Source: Betaproteobacteria bacterium (GTDB lineage: Bacteria > Pseudomonadota > Gammaproteobacteria > Burkholderiales > Burkholderiaceae_D). From it: a DNA stretch of 64,000 nucleotides. Made by a program: the position numbers and the translations under genes. Of this stretch, positions 41,412 through 51,199 are shown piece after piece. The notes under the pieces were generated by a model. The model was given only the letters and a program-made list of their open reading frames with translations. It was not told the origin of the DNA and did not search any database. The DNA lies in NCBI GenBank assembly GCA_013287275.1, contig JABDED010000003.1, forward strand, positions 11,225 through 75,224, written 5' to 3'. Position 1 is the stretch's first letter, and the number at the start of each line of letters is the position of its first letter.

Positions 41412-42306
41412 TAATAATAATAATAAAAACTGGCTGGACCAATCAGAGCGCGGCAGCTTGCTGGCCATGAAGATCCTGGCGTGGGTCACACTCAATTTTG
41501 GGCGTGCTTTCGGCCGCATTTTCCTGTATCCCATTTGCCTGTATTTCATCCTGTTTTCCGTGGAAGCCCGCCGCAGTTCTGTGGAATACCTGCGCCGGGT
41601 ATTGCCGCAAGCACCGCGCTGGCGCGACGTGTTGCGCCACTACCATACGTTCGCGAGCACCATCCACGACCGCTTGTATATGCTGACCGGGCAATATCAA
41701 TATTTTGATGTGCAGGTGCACGGATACAAGGAAGTGGAAGCCTATATGCGCGGACGCGGCTGCATCCTGATGGGTTCGCACCTGGGCAGTTTTGAAGTAT
41801 TGCGGACCCTGGGCATGTTCAAGCAGTCCCTGCCTATCAATGTATTGATGCATGAAGGTAACGCCAACAAGATAAATCTCGTGCTGAATGAGTTGAATCC
41901 AGCAATGAAGCCCAAAATTATTGCCATGGGCCGGCCGGATACGCTGCTGAAAGTCCACGAATGTATTGAGCGCAAGGAGATCGTAGGCATGCTCGGCGAC
42001 CGCACCTTTACCAGCGAAAAGCGGGTAGTCTGCGATTTTCTGGGCGACAAGATTACCTTGCCGCAAGGGCCTTTGGCGGTGGCGGCTATACTTGACGTGC
42101 CTATCATCCTGTTTTTCGGCTTGTACCGCGGCGGCAAGCGCTATGATCTGCACTTTGAATTATTCGAGGCCAGCCCGGCCGTAGAGCGCAGCCTGCGCAA
42201 TGCCCGCATCAATGAATGGGCGCAGCGCTATGCGAACAGGCTGGAGCACTATTGCCGGCTGGCGCCGTATAACTGGTTTAATTTCTACCGCTACTGGAAT
42301 GAATAA
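41404..42306 (+). CDS. LpxL-like acyltransferase
   Basis: ERGS, GSHLGSFE, GMLGDR, PYNWFNFY. Confidence 0.85.
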   Translation: MSNNNNNKNWLDQSERGSLLAMKILAWVTLNFGRAFGRIFLYPICLYFILFSVEARRSSVEYLRRVLPQAPRWRDVLRHYHTFASTIHDRLYMLTGQYQYFDVQVHGYKEVEAYMRGRGCILMGSHLGSFEVLRTLGMFKQSLPINVLMHEGNANKINLVLNELNPAMKPKIIAMGRPDTLLKVHECIERKEIVGMLGDRTFTSEKRVVCDFLGDKITLPQGPLAVAAILDVPIILFFGLYRGGKRYDLHFELFEASPAVERSLRNARINEWAQRYANRLEHYCRLAPYNWFNFYRYWNE

Positions 42307-42892
42307 AATCTACCCGCGCTTCTACCCACTATCCATCCTGTTGACCCTGTTTATCCTGCTACAGCCGGGAGCAGTGCGCGCCGAAGCATGGGATTTGCCG
42401 CAATTGATGGCCGGCCTGGCACAGGTGCAATCGCACGAGGTTCGCTTCACTGAAAAGAAAACCATCGCACTATTGAAGGCCCCGGTTGAGTCAAGCGGCA
42501 TTCTCAGCTACCGGCGGCCGGACCACGTCGAAAAACATATTCTGCTGCCCAAAGATGAATCTCTGATCGTCGACGGCGATGAAGTAAGCTGGAAAGACGG
42601 AGCCAGCGGAAAGAAACACAGCTTGCGCCTGCAAAACAATGCAATGCTGGCGGCACTGGTCGATAGCGTAAGGGCGACCCTGGCCGGCGACCTGCCTGCC
42701 CTGCGCCGTTATTTTGCCGTCAAGCTGGACGGAACGCGGACACGCTGGACGCTGACACTGACGCCGGCGGAAGACACCATGCGACGCAGCTTGAAGCTGA
42801 TGCGCATCGAAGGCAGCGGCACCCAGGTTTCCGTCATCGATATACTGGAAGTGGGCGGTGACCGCTCGGTCATGGTTCTGCAGCATGACTGA
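42299..42892 (+). CDS. LolA-like periplasmic carrier protein
   Basis: Signal peptide, FTEKK..ALLK.PVESSG.L.Y..P. Confidence 0.75.
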   Translation: MNKIYPRFYPLSILLTLFILLQPGAVRAEAWDLPQLMAGLAQVQSHEVRFTEKKTIALLKAPVESSGILSYRRPDHVEKHILLPKDESLIVDGDEVSWKDGASGKKHSLRLQNNAMLAALVDSVRATLAGDLPALRRYFAVKLDGTRTRWTLTLTPAEDTMRRSLKLMRIEGSGTQVSVIDILEVGGDRSVMVLQHD

Positions 42893-45212
42893 TCTGCGCC
42901 GCCGCTTCTCGCTATGCATCTGGATATCCGCGCTGGTATTCAGCGCATGGATAGTGTTTGCCCATACAAGGATATTTACCGACCTGACCGGCTTCCTGCC
43001 GACAACGCCTGATCGCACACAACAGCTCTTATTGGATCAACTGCGTGACGGTCCGGCATCGCGCCTGATCCTGCTCGCGATAGAGGGCGGCACACCCCAC
43101 CAACTGGCAGATGCCAGCCATGCGTTAACCGAAGCGCTGCGACAGGACAAGCGCCTGGCCTTTGCGCATAACGGCGAACTGGATGCCCTGGAGGTGGAAA
43201 AGGATATTCTCACCCGTTATCGCTATTTGCTGAGCCCGGCCGTCAGTGCTGAACATTTCCAGGCGCCCGCGCTGGAAAAATCGCTGCAAAAGAGCGCGGA
43301 ACTGCTGCAATCATCCGCCGGGGCCCTGCTTAAGCCTTTAATCCCGCTGGACCCGACAGGCGAAGTGCCGCGCATCGCAGCGCTGTGGACACCAACGTCC
43401 ACGATCAAGATGCAGGAAGGCGTCTGGTTCTCGGCAGACAGCAAACGGGCGCTGCTGATTGCGCAGACCAATGCCTCCGGCATGGACGCGGTACAACAGC
43501 AAGAGATCATTTCTTCGCTTCAGCAGCATTTCCTGGCTGTGCAAAAGACTTTGCCCACAGCCAAAGAAGGGGCAATGCATCTGCTGATGTCGGGCACTCC
43601 AGTGTTTGCGGCGGAATCGCGCCAGATCATAGAACGCGATTCGTGGCGGCTTTCCCTGGTTGCCGCCGGCCTGGTATTGGCGGTGCTGCTCGTGGTGTAT
43701 CGTTCCCTCAGCATGACGATGCTGGCATTCGTGCCCGTCGCAGCCGGATTGCTGATTGGAGTTGCCGTTGTTTCACTCACATTTGGCGGAGTTCACGGTA
43801 TTACCCTGGCGTTTGGCGCCACTTTGATCGGCGAAGCGGTAGATTACCCCAATTATGCATTTTTGCACGCGGCTCGCGGCGAAGCGGTGAAAAATGCGTT
43901 GCAGCGCATAGGCCCCACCTTGCGGCTCGCTGTGATGACCACTGTATTGAGTTCGACTGCCCTGCTTTTCTCCAGTTTCTCGGGTTTGGCGCAACTGGGC
44001 CTGCTATCCCTGACCGGGGTTGCGGTGGCCGGCATCACAACCCATTTCATACTGCCCATCCTGGCGGGAGCCAATGTCACTGCCAGGAAAATCGAAATGC
44101 TGCCTTTCAGGCTGGTTCCGGGCAATAGCTTGCGCCACACCGTACTCCCCCTGCTTTTGCTGGCGCTGGCCGGGATCGCCTGGCAGCATGACAAAGTCTG
44201 GGACGATGACCTGGGCAGCCTGAGCCCTGTGTCCGAGCAGGCTAAACAGCTGGACCAGCAACTGCGCAGCCAACTAGGCGCACCCGATATCCGCCATATA
44301 CTGATGACCAGCGGTAAAGACACAGAACAGGCCTTGCGCAATAGCGAACTGTTGCAAGACGATCTGCAGCAATTGGTCAAGGATGGCGTGATCGGCGGTT
44401 TCGATATGGCTGCGCGCTACCTGCCCAGCCAGCAGTTGCAAAGGCAGAGACAGGCCGCGCTGCCGGATGCTGCAAGCTTGCAAACCCAGTTGCAGCAAGC
44501 CTTGGCTGGATCGGCCTTCCGCGAAGACGCCTTCCTGCCCTTTTTGCATGACGTGCAAGCCGGCAGGCAGCAAGCGCTCCTTCGCATGGAAGATTTGCGC
44601 GGCAGCTCTATCGGACTGAAGGTGCAGTCCCTGCTGCTGCACGATAGCCAGGGCGCCGTTGCCTTGATTACGCTGAACGGCGTTGCCGACTCGGAACGAC
44701 TAAAGGCAGCCGTTGCCCGCCTGCAAGCTAAAGGAATTACTGCTATCGACCTGAAAGACGATACCAGCCATCTCATCAACGGCTACCGCAAGCAGTCCCT
44801 GATATTATCCGGATTGGGCATCCTGCTGATTGCGCTACTGCTGTTGCTCAGCCTGCGCTCTATCCGCGACACCGCGCGCGTACTCTATCCGGTGTTGACA
44901 GGCACCGTCATCTGCGTTGCGCTCACTGTTTTGCATGGAGAAAAACTGACCCTGTTCCATCTGGTTGCACTGCTGCTGGTGATAGGCATAGGCTTGAACT
45001 ATGCATTGTTTTTCAATCGCCATGAGCACAGTGCCGAAGATACGCGACGCAATCATTTATCATTGCTTGTATGCAGCCTGACGACCTTCCTTTCTTTCGG
45101 CACGCTCATGCTGTCGCGGATACCTGTGCTGCATGCAATCGGCCAGACGGTGGCATTGGGCTCATTGCTGTGTCTGATATGTGCATTCCTGCTGGCAAAA
45201 CGAAACCCTTGA
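42885..45212 (+). CDS. MMPL/RND-type exporter
   Basis: Two TM bundles with large periplasmic loops; FGATLIGEAVDY, GIGLNY. Confidence 0.85.
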   Translation: MTDLRRRFSLCIWISALVFSAWIVFAHTRIFTDLTGFLPTTPDRTQQLLLDQLRDGPASRLILLAIEGGTPHQLADASHALTEALRQDKRLAFAHNGELDALEVEKDILTRYRYLLSPAVSAEHFQAPALEKSLQKSAELLQSSAGALLKPLIPLDPTGEVPRIAALWTPTSTIKMQEGVWFSADSKRALLIAQTNASGMDAVQQQEIISSLQQHFLAVQKTLPTAKEGAMHLLMSGTPVFAAESRQIIERDSWRLSLVAAGLVLAVLLVVYRSLSMTMLAFVPVAAGLLIGVAVVSLTFGGVHGITLAFGATLIGEAVDYPNYAFLHAARGEAVKNALQRIGPTLRLAVMTTVLSSTALLFSSFSGLAQLGLLSLTGVAVAGITTHFILPILAGANVTARKIEMLPFRLVPGNSLRHTVLPLLLLALAGIAWQHDKVWDDDLGSLSPVSEQAKQLDQQLRSQLGAPDIRHILMTSGKDTEQALRNSELLQDDLQQLVKDGVIGGFDMAARYLPSQQLQRQRQAALPDAASLQTQLQQALAGSAFREDAFLPFLHDVQAGRQQALLRMEDLRGSSIGLKVQSLLLHDSQGAVALITLNGVADSERLKAAVARLQAKGITAIDLKDDTSHLINGYRKQSLILSGLGILLIALLLLLSLRSIRDTARVLYPVLTGTVICVALTVLHGEKLTLFHLVALLLVIGIGLNYALFFNRHEHSAEDTRRNHLSLLVCSLTTFLSFGTLMLSRIPVLHAIGQTVALGSLLCLICAFLLAKRNP

Positions 45213-45278
45213 GTGCGCATTGCATTATCATGACTGCTTATTTCACAATTTATTCCACTATTCCACGGTGAATCAATC

Positions 45279-46463
45279 GTGCCATCGCCAATTTACCTAT
45301 CAGCCTTAACCGCCACCAGCGCACTGGGCGCCGGCCTGGACGCGACCCTGGATGCCCTGCAGTCTGGACGTTCAGGGCTGCGCGCCAACGACTTCCAGCT
45401 AGCCCCGATTGATACCTGGATAGGCCGGGTCGACGGTGTAGAAGAAGAACAGCTTGCCTCCGGCCTTGCCGACTACGCCTGCCGTAATAACAAGCTGGCG
45501 CAACTCGGCTTGCGCCAGGACGGTTTCATAGACGCAGTGAATCGCGCCAAGGAGGCCTATGGTGCCCATCGCGTAGGCGTGATCGTCGGCACTTCGACCT
45601 CCGGCGTGCTGGAAACCGAACTCGCCTATCGCAGCTACAGCAAGAATGGCGCCTGGCCGGAAAACATACGCTACCGCGAACAGCATAATCTGTTCGGCCT
45701 GGCCGACTTCGTGCGCAGGTACCTGGGCCTGCAAGGCCCGGCGCATGTGATCTCCACCGCCTGCTCTTCCAGCGCCAAGGTCTTTGCCAGCGCAGCCCGC
45801 TTTCTGCGCCAGGATCTTTGCGACGCAGTTGTGGTAGGCGGGGTCGATTCGCTGTCATTGACCACGCTGTATGGTTTTACCGCGCTGGAACTGGTTTCGA
45901 CCCAAGCTTGCCGCCCCTGGGATGCCCACCGCAACGGTATTTCCATCGGCGAGGCAGCCGGCTTTGCGCTGCTGGAAAAGCAGGAAGGCAGCGATATATT
46001 GCTGACGGGATACGGCGAATCCAGCGACGCCTACCATATGTCCACCCCCCACCCGCAAGGGAAAGGCGCGGCGCAAGCCATGCAGGCGGCACTGCAGCGC
46101 GCGCAACTGCAGCCGGGGCAAATCGATTACATCAATTTGCACGGCACCGGCACCCCCAGCAACGATGCGTCCGAAGACCTGGCGGTGCTGGAGGTGTTCG
46201 GTGCGGAAGTGCCGTGCAGTTCGACCAAGGGCGCTACCGGCCATACCCTGGGTGCGGCGGGCATGATGGAAGCGGCCATCAGCGTGCTATGCCTGCGCCA
46301 TGGGTTGATACCCGGCGGCGGCAGTACAACCCAGATCGATCCCCAGCTAAAAGCCAATTTTGTCCGGCATACAAAAACGGCGACGGTACGCCACGTACTC
46401 AGCAATTCATTCGGCTTCGGCGGCAATAACTGCAGCCTGCTCTTTTCACGGATGGACGCATGA
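45279..46463 (+). CDS. Beta-ketoacyl-ACP synthase (active KS)
   Basis: TACSSS, NLHGTGT, GHTLGA (Cys-His-His), SNSFGFGGNN. Confidence 0.93.
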   Translation: MPSPIYLSALTATSALGAGLDATLDALQSGRSGLRANDFQLAPIDTWIGRVDGVEEEQLASGLADYACRNNKLAQLGLRQDGFIDAVNRAKEAYGAHRVGVIVGTSTSGVLETELAYRSYSKNGAWPENIRYREQHNLFGLADFVRRYLGLQGPAHVISTACSSSAKVFASAARFLRQDLCDAVVVGGVDSLSLTTLYGFTALELVSTQACRPWDAHRNGISIGEAAGFALLEKQEGSDILLTGYGESSDAYHMSTPHPQGKGAAQAMQAALQRAQLQPGQIDYINLHGTGTPSNDASEDLAVLEVFGAEVPCSSTKGATGHTLGAAGMMEAAISVLCLRHGLIPGGGSTTQIDPQLKANFVRHTKTATVRHVLSNSFGFGGNNCSLLFSRMDA

Positions 46464-47251
46464 TCAGCATATTTGTTGAAAGCATAGGCCTGCTCGGCCC
46501 CGGCCTGCTCGGGTGGGAGCAAGCCCGCGCAGTCTTGCGCGGCGAAACCGGGTATGCGTGGCAGGACGTTCCGATGACTACGCCGCCGATCTTGCCGCCG
46601 GCCGAGCGCCGCCGCTGCATAGCATCCGCGCGCCTTTCGCTGACCACCGCGCATGAAGCCTTGCAACAGGCTGGCGGCGACGCGCCACGGCAGCTCGCTT
46701 GCGTATTCAGCAGCTCCGACGGCGATAGCCAGGTGATTACGCAAATCATGGAGGGGCTGGCGCAAGAAGCGCCCGACGTGTCGCCCACCCGCTTCGCCAA
46801 CTCGGTCCATAATGCCACTGCCGGTTACTGGAGTATTGCCACCGGCATGAAACAAAGCTCAACCTGCCTGAGCGCATACGACGACAGTTTTTCTGCCGGC
46901 TTGCTGGAAGCGGCTGTGCAAGTTGCCGACGAGGGCATGGATGTTTTGTTTACTGCTTCGGACGTCAAGTTCCAGGAACCGTTTTTCTCGCTGAGGCCGA
47001 TTGCAGTGGATTACTCGGCAACCTTGCTGGTAGGCCGGGAACGTTCACCAAGCAGCCTTGCTGCTTTACAGCTAACGCTGACTGAGCGCCAGGCCGCTAC
47101 GGCCATGCCGGCGTGGGTACCGGCATCTTTCGCCAGCAACCCGGCAGCGCATTCCCTGCCTTTGCTGGCGGCCCTTGCCGATCCGCGCGGGCAAACTGTC
47201 TGCCTCGATTATCTTGAGCAGACATTACAGGTAAAAGTGACACCATGCTGA
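46460..47251 (+). CDS. Short ketosynthase-like chain-length factor
   Basis: PPAERRR, VF.S..G, SPTRFANSVHNA; no catalytic TACS motif. Confidence 0.85.
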   Translation: MISIFVESIGLLGPGLLGWEQARAVLRGETGYAWQDVPMTTPPILPPAERRRCIASARLSLTTAHEALQQAGGDAPRQLACVFSSSDGDSQVITQIMEGLAQEAPDVSPTRFANSVHNATAGYWSIATGMKQSSTCLSAYDDSFSAGLLEAAVQVADEGMDVLFTASDVKFQEPFFSLRPIAVDYSATLLVGRERSPSSLAALQLTLTERQAATAMPAWVPASFASNPAAHSLPLLAALADPRGQTVCLDYLEQTLQVKVTPC

Positions 47252-47688
47252 GCAAAATTAATATCCCCTCCCTGATACCGCATCAGCGCGGCATGTGCCT
47301 GCTGGAAGAAGTCGTTTCCTGGGATGAAGCACGGATCCGCTGCCTGACCTCCAGCCACCGCAATCCGGCCCACCCTCTGCGTGGTAGATCCGGCTTGCTG
47401 TCTGTCTGCGGCATCGAATATGCGGCACAGGCGATCGCGGTACACGGCGGCCTGGTGGCAGCGCAGCAGCCTGATTTTCGCGCGCCCGGTATCGGCTATC
47501 TGGCCAATGCCAAGGATGTGAGCTGGAGTGTCGACCGCCTGGACGATATCGACGCGGACCTGCAGGTCGACGCAGAGCAGTTGATCAGCGAAGGCGGGCG
47601 TTCTATCTATACCTTCAAACTGTCGGCAGACGGCCGCGACCTGATGCAAGGCCGCATCGCGGTCGTACTGGAAGGAGCGGCAGCATGA
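47245..47688 (+). CDS. 3-hydroxyacyl-ACP dehydratase-like hotdog protein
   Basis: LIPH...M.LL..V, IEYAAQA.A.H. Confidence 0.82.
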   Translation: MLSKINIPSLIPHQRGMCLLEEVVSWDEARIRCLTSSHRNPAHPLRGRSGLLSVCGIEYAAQAIAVHGGLVAAQQPDFRAPGIGYLANAKDVSWSVDRLDDIDADLQVDAEQLISEGGRSIYTFKLSADGRDLMQGRIAVVLEGAAA

Positions 47689-48404
47689 AGCGCGCATTGG
47701 TTACCGGCGGCAGCGGTGCAATCGGGGCGGCGGTCTGCCGGCGCCTGGCAGCCGACGGCATGCATGTGATCGTGCACGCCAACAGTAATCTGCCTGCGGC
47801 CGAAGAACTCGTCGCCGAACTGCGCTCTGCCGGCCAGGCTGCGCAAGCAGTGAGCTTCGACGTCGGCAATGCCGAGCAGACTGCGCAGGCATTGGAAAAA
47901 TTGCTGCAGGACGGTGCAATCCAGGTGGTCGTGAATAATGCCGGCATGCATGACGATGCATTGATGGTCGGCATGGACGGCAATCAATGGCATCGGGTGA
48001 TTGATGTCTCGTTAAACGGTTTTTTCCACGTCACTCAGCCCTTGTTGCTGCCGATGATGGCGACCCGCTGGGGGCGCATCATCAATATGTCTTCCATCGC
48101 GGGCCTGATGGGTAACCGGGGCCAGGCAAATTACGCCGCTGCCAAGGCGGGCTTGCATGGCGCGACAAAATCCCTGGCGATGGAACTGGCAACGCGCGGC
48201 ATCACGGTCAACGCAGTTGCACCTGGCATTATTACGTCCGCGATGAGTGCGGAGGCCTTCCCCGCAGAAGTCATTAAACAATTGGTCCCGATGAAACGTG
48301 CGGGACGCCCCGACGAAGTGGCCAGCTTGGTGGGCTTTCTGGCGTCCGATAAGGCGGCATATATCTCAGGGCAAATCATTTCTGTAAATGGAGCAATGGC
48401 GTGA
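47685..48404 (+). CDS. 3-oxoacyl-ACP reductase (FabG-like, cluster copy)
   Basis: TGGSGAIG, NNAG, GQANYAAAK. Confidence 0.92.
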   Translation: MKRALVTGGSGAIGAAVCRRLAADGMHVIVHANSNLPAAEELVAELRSAGQAAQAVSFDVGNAEQTAQALEKLLQDGAIQVVVNNAGMHDDALMVGMDGNQWHRVIDVSLNGFFHVTQPLLLPMMATRWGRIINMSSIAGLMGNRGQANYAAAKAGLHGATKSLAMELATRGITVNAVAPGIITSAMSAEAFPAEVIKQLVPMKRAGRPDEVASLVGFLASDKAAYISGQIISVNGAMA

Positions 48405-49228
48405 CCGTAACAGCATCTATCGACAAAAAACTTACGGGCTACGAAATTTCGGGCTACGATGACTTCACCGTCGTCATCCCCGCCTATAACGAGTCGCACA
48501 CGATACGCGACCTGGTCGAGCGCACGCTGCTTCAGATTAAGCATGTCATCGTTGTTGACGACGGCTCAACAGACGGTACCGCAGACGCACTGAAAGGGCT
48601 GGACATTACCTTATTGCGCCACCCAGTCAATGAAGGCAAGGCCAGCAGTTTGTGGGACGGCATGCAGGAAGCCCGCAAGCGCGCTATCCAGGGTATCGTG
48701 ACGCTGGATGGCGACGGCCAGCATCTGCCGGAAGATATTCCCAGGCTACTGCAGTATTTTAAGCAAACGCCGGACACCATCGTCATCGGCTCACGCCTGC
48801 ATGAAAAGGCCAATATTCCGCGCGCGCGTTACAACGCCAACCGCTTTGCCAATTTCTGGATAGCCTGGGCCGCCGGCTATCCGATTATCGATAGCCAGTC
48901 GGGCTTCCGCATCTATCCGGCCGACCTGCTGGACAAAGTCAGGGTTGCGCATCACCGCTCTTCAGGGTTTGTGTTTGAAAGTGAAATATTGATAGAAGCC
49001 GGCCGCCAGGGCATCACCAGCCTGCCGATTCCAATCTCGGCAATCTACATGCCGCAGGCGCGCGCCAGCCATTTCAGGCCCGTAGTGGATATTGCCCGCA
49101 TTGTCCGCATGGTGGCGTGGAAATTAATATCGCGCGGCTTCTATCTGCAAGGTTTGAGGCGCAGCCTGCGGAAAGACGGCGAAAAACACGCAGCTCCGTT
49201 TGAATCTATTGCCGAATCAAAAAAATAA
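48401..49228 (+). CDS. GT2 glycosyltransferase
   Basis: VIPAYNE, VDDGSTD, DGDGQH, DSQSGFR, FESE. Confidence 0.9.
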   Translation: MTVTASIDKKLTGYEISGYDDFTVVIPAYNESHTIRDLVERTLLQIKHVIVVDDGSTDGTADALKGLDITLLRHPVNEGKASSLWDGMQEARKRAIQGIVTLDGDGQHLPEDIPRLLQYFKQTPDTIVIGSRLHEKANIPRARYNANRFANFWIAWAAGYPIIDSQSGFRIYPADLLDKVRVAHHRSSGFVFESEILIEAGRQGITSLPIPISAIYMPQARASHFRPVVDIARIVRMVAWKLISRGFYLQGLRRSLRKDGEKHAAPFESIAESKK

Positions 49229-49287
49229 AACCGCTTTTGATGCAGGGGCCGGAATCGGACCGTCCCCGATACAGGAAGCGGCGGATT

Positions 49288-49887
49288 TCAAGCCCATAGC
49301 AAAAATCCATGGACCACATTCCATCCAAGTAAAACACAAAAGATCGACAGCACTACGGCGGCGCCTCGATTTAAAGCCCCGGGATGCAGCCAGGCATATT
49401 TTGTTGACGCCAGCGATGCGCCCAGGCATATCCACCCCATCCCTATCGGAATAGCCAAAGACGCGAACAAGGACAGCGACTGCGCGTATTCTTTCAGGTC
49501 CGTAAAAGCTGCAGGCGGAAAAATCACACTGGCGAAGATCAATCCCTTGGGATTGAGCAAGGTCGCAAACAAAAGATCGACAGGCCTGGCCGTCCGCGAG
49601 CTTGATCCTAACTGCGGGGCTGTTTCCTGCCAAAATTTGACCGCCAGATATCCGATATATATTGCGCACAAAAATTTAATGGCATGGGGTATCCAGGGAT
49701 TGCTTGCAGACGCGACATTCAAATACGCGCCCCAGATACTTATCGAGATGCAGTAGCCAATAAGCTCGACCCCTATCATGTGCACGGACTTTCTAATGCC
49801 GCGAGTCGTCCCCGAGATCAAAAGCAAGGTGTTGGTGGGACCAGGCACCACAAGCACGCTGGCGATCGAAAATATCATGTATATCAT
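49288..49887 (-). CDS. LysE-family translocator
   Basis: PGPTN, TLLNPK; about 6 TM. Confidence 0.8.
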   Translation of the reverse strand: MIYMIFSIASVLVVPGPTNTLLLISGTTRGIRKSVHMIGVELIGYCISISIWGAYLNVASASNPWIPHAIKFLCAIYIGYLAVKFWQETAPQLGSSSRTARPVDLLFATLLNPKGLIFASVIFPPAAFTDLKEYAQSLSLFASLAIPIGMGWICLGASLASTKYAWLHPGALNRGAAVVLSIFCVLLGWNVVHGFLLWA

Positions 49888-49907
49888 TGAGAAGTTTTTT
49901 CATTTTA

Positions 49908-49998
49908 CTAGTGGACTGTAACAGTGAAATCGGGAGTGAAAGGCGCGTGCCCGCCGCACATGACAGGCACTTCTGATTTCACTGTTACAGTTCGCTAG
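49908..49998. mobile_element. MITE-like palindromic element bounded by CTAG
   Basis: ctag-tggactgtaacagtgaaatcgggagtg...cacttctgatttcactgttacagttcg-ctag; 17-bp perfect core within ~31-bp imperfect arms. Confidence 0.45.
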
Positions 49999-50333
49999 GT
50001 CATTCATTCTGGAGAACAGCGCGCTAAACAACGCGCGGGGCCAACTCTTGCCATCAGACATTGCGCAATTGTACTGGCATGTCTACGATTAGAAAGCAGA
50101 ATGTGCTTTATGAAAGCTCCAAATACATGGGATCCATGCCGGACGTCATGAAGAGGCGAGCTTAATGCAAAAGCCTATGCTTTTCACTTCCCTTGAGTAA
50201 GACACTCGCCATCAATATTGGAGAATGGCAACAATTTATTTACAGAATTTCATCACATTGACTTGCGTTATCACCTAGACTTGATTTAGAAGGTCGGCAA
50301 AAGTGCAAATACGCTAGATAAAGGGAGGAAAAA

Positions 50334-50870
50334 ATGAAAACCATCCCAGCGATTGGCCTCTCTACGTTTCAGCATCTCAAGCCAGGCAATTTGTTTTATA
50401 CCGCGAAGCGCCACCAGAGAGGCGGCGACGACACCTTGATCGGCATCAAGGGCTTGATGCCAGATGGGGCAGGATTAGCCCCCGTCGCCGTTATATTGCA
50501 AAAGACCGGTGAACATCAGCAATTCCGTCTGGTCGACCTTTCCGAGATCAGCACCCAGGCAGTGGACCTTGGCGCGACGTGGACCTTGAAGGTATCGACC
50601 GATCCATTCCAAAGAATCGCACTTGATTATGCTCCGGACAATACCCAGCTTGTCGCCATAGAAAACAAACCTGGTAGCGCCGAACTATATTTAAAAAGCA
50701 TTTGGACCGCCCCTGACAATCAGCAGGACTGCATGTTGACCAGACTATCTGACGGCGCCACCGATTTTGCCCATAAATTTCCACCAGAACGGATACACAT
50801 TAAATCCTGGCAAATCTATATCCAGAGCGAGGGATTCCCGCCGCAACTGGTGTTTGACTCACATACATGA
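50334..50870 (+). CDS. Hypothetical protein
   Basis: Strong SD (gggagga) before ATG; beta-strand-like composition; no motif recognised. Confidence 0.65.
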   Translation: MKTIPAIGLSTFQHLKPGNLFYTAKRHQRGGDDTLIGIKGLMPDGAGLAPVAVILQKTGEHQQFRLVDLSEISTQAVDLGATWTLKVSTDPFQRIALDYAPDNTQLVAIENKPGSAELYLKSIWTAPDNQQDCMLTRLSDGATDFAHKFPPERIHIKSWQIYIQSEGFPPQLVFDSHT

Positions 50871-51008
50871 GCATGGAGAAGCGCACAATGCCGAACAACT
50901 GGCGCGCAGACCGGTGGTAAAGAAATGACCAGGATATGGCTTCCTTGCTGGACGATACCGTCAGCAAGCCGGGGAACACAAAAGCCCGGCGCTCGCAACG
51001 GGAGGAAT

Positions 51009-51107
51009 GTAGCCTGGATGGAGCGCAGCGCAATCCGGGGAATTTCCACGGACCGCTGGTATGCCCCCTAGGCGCCCCCCGGATTACGCTCGCCTCATCC
51101 GGGCTAC
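51009..51107. repeat. GTAG-type REP doublet, family 1
   Basis: gtagcctggatggagcgcagcgcaatccgggg ... ccccggattacgctcgcctcatccgggctac. Confidence 0.85.
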
Positions 51108-51199
51108 AGGTTGCGGGTGATGTTCGGACTCTTTGAAATTGGAGCTTGCAATACTCCATGAAATAAAAGCGGCAACTCATCGCGCAAACTGCAAAAAAC

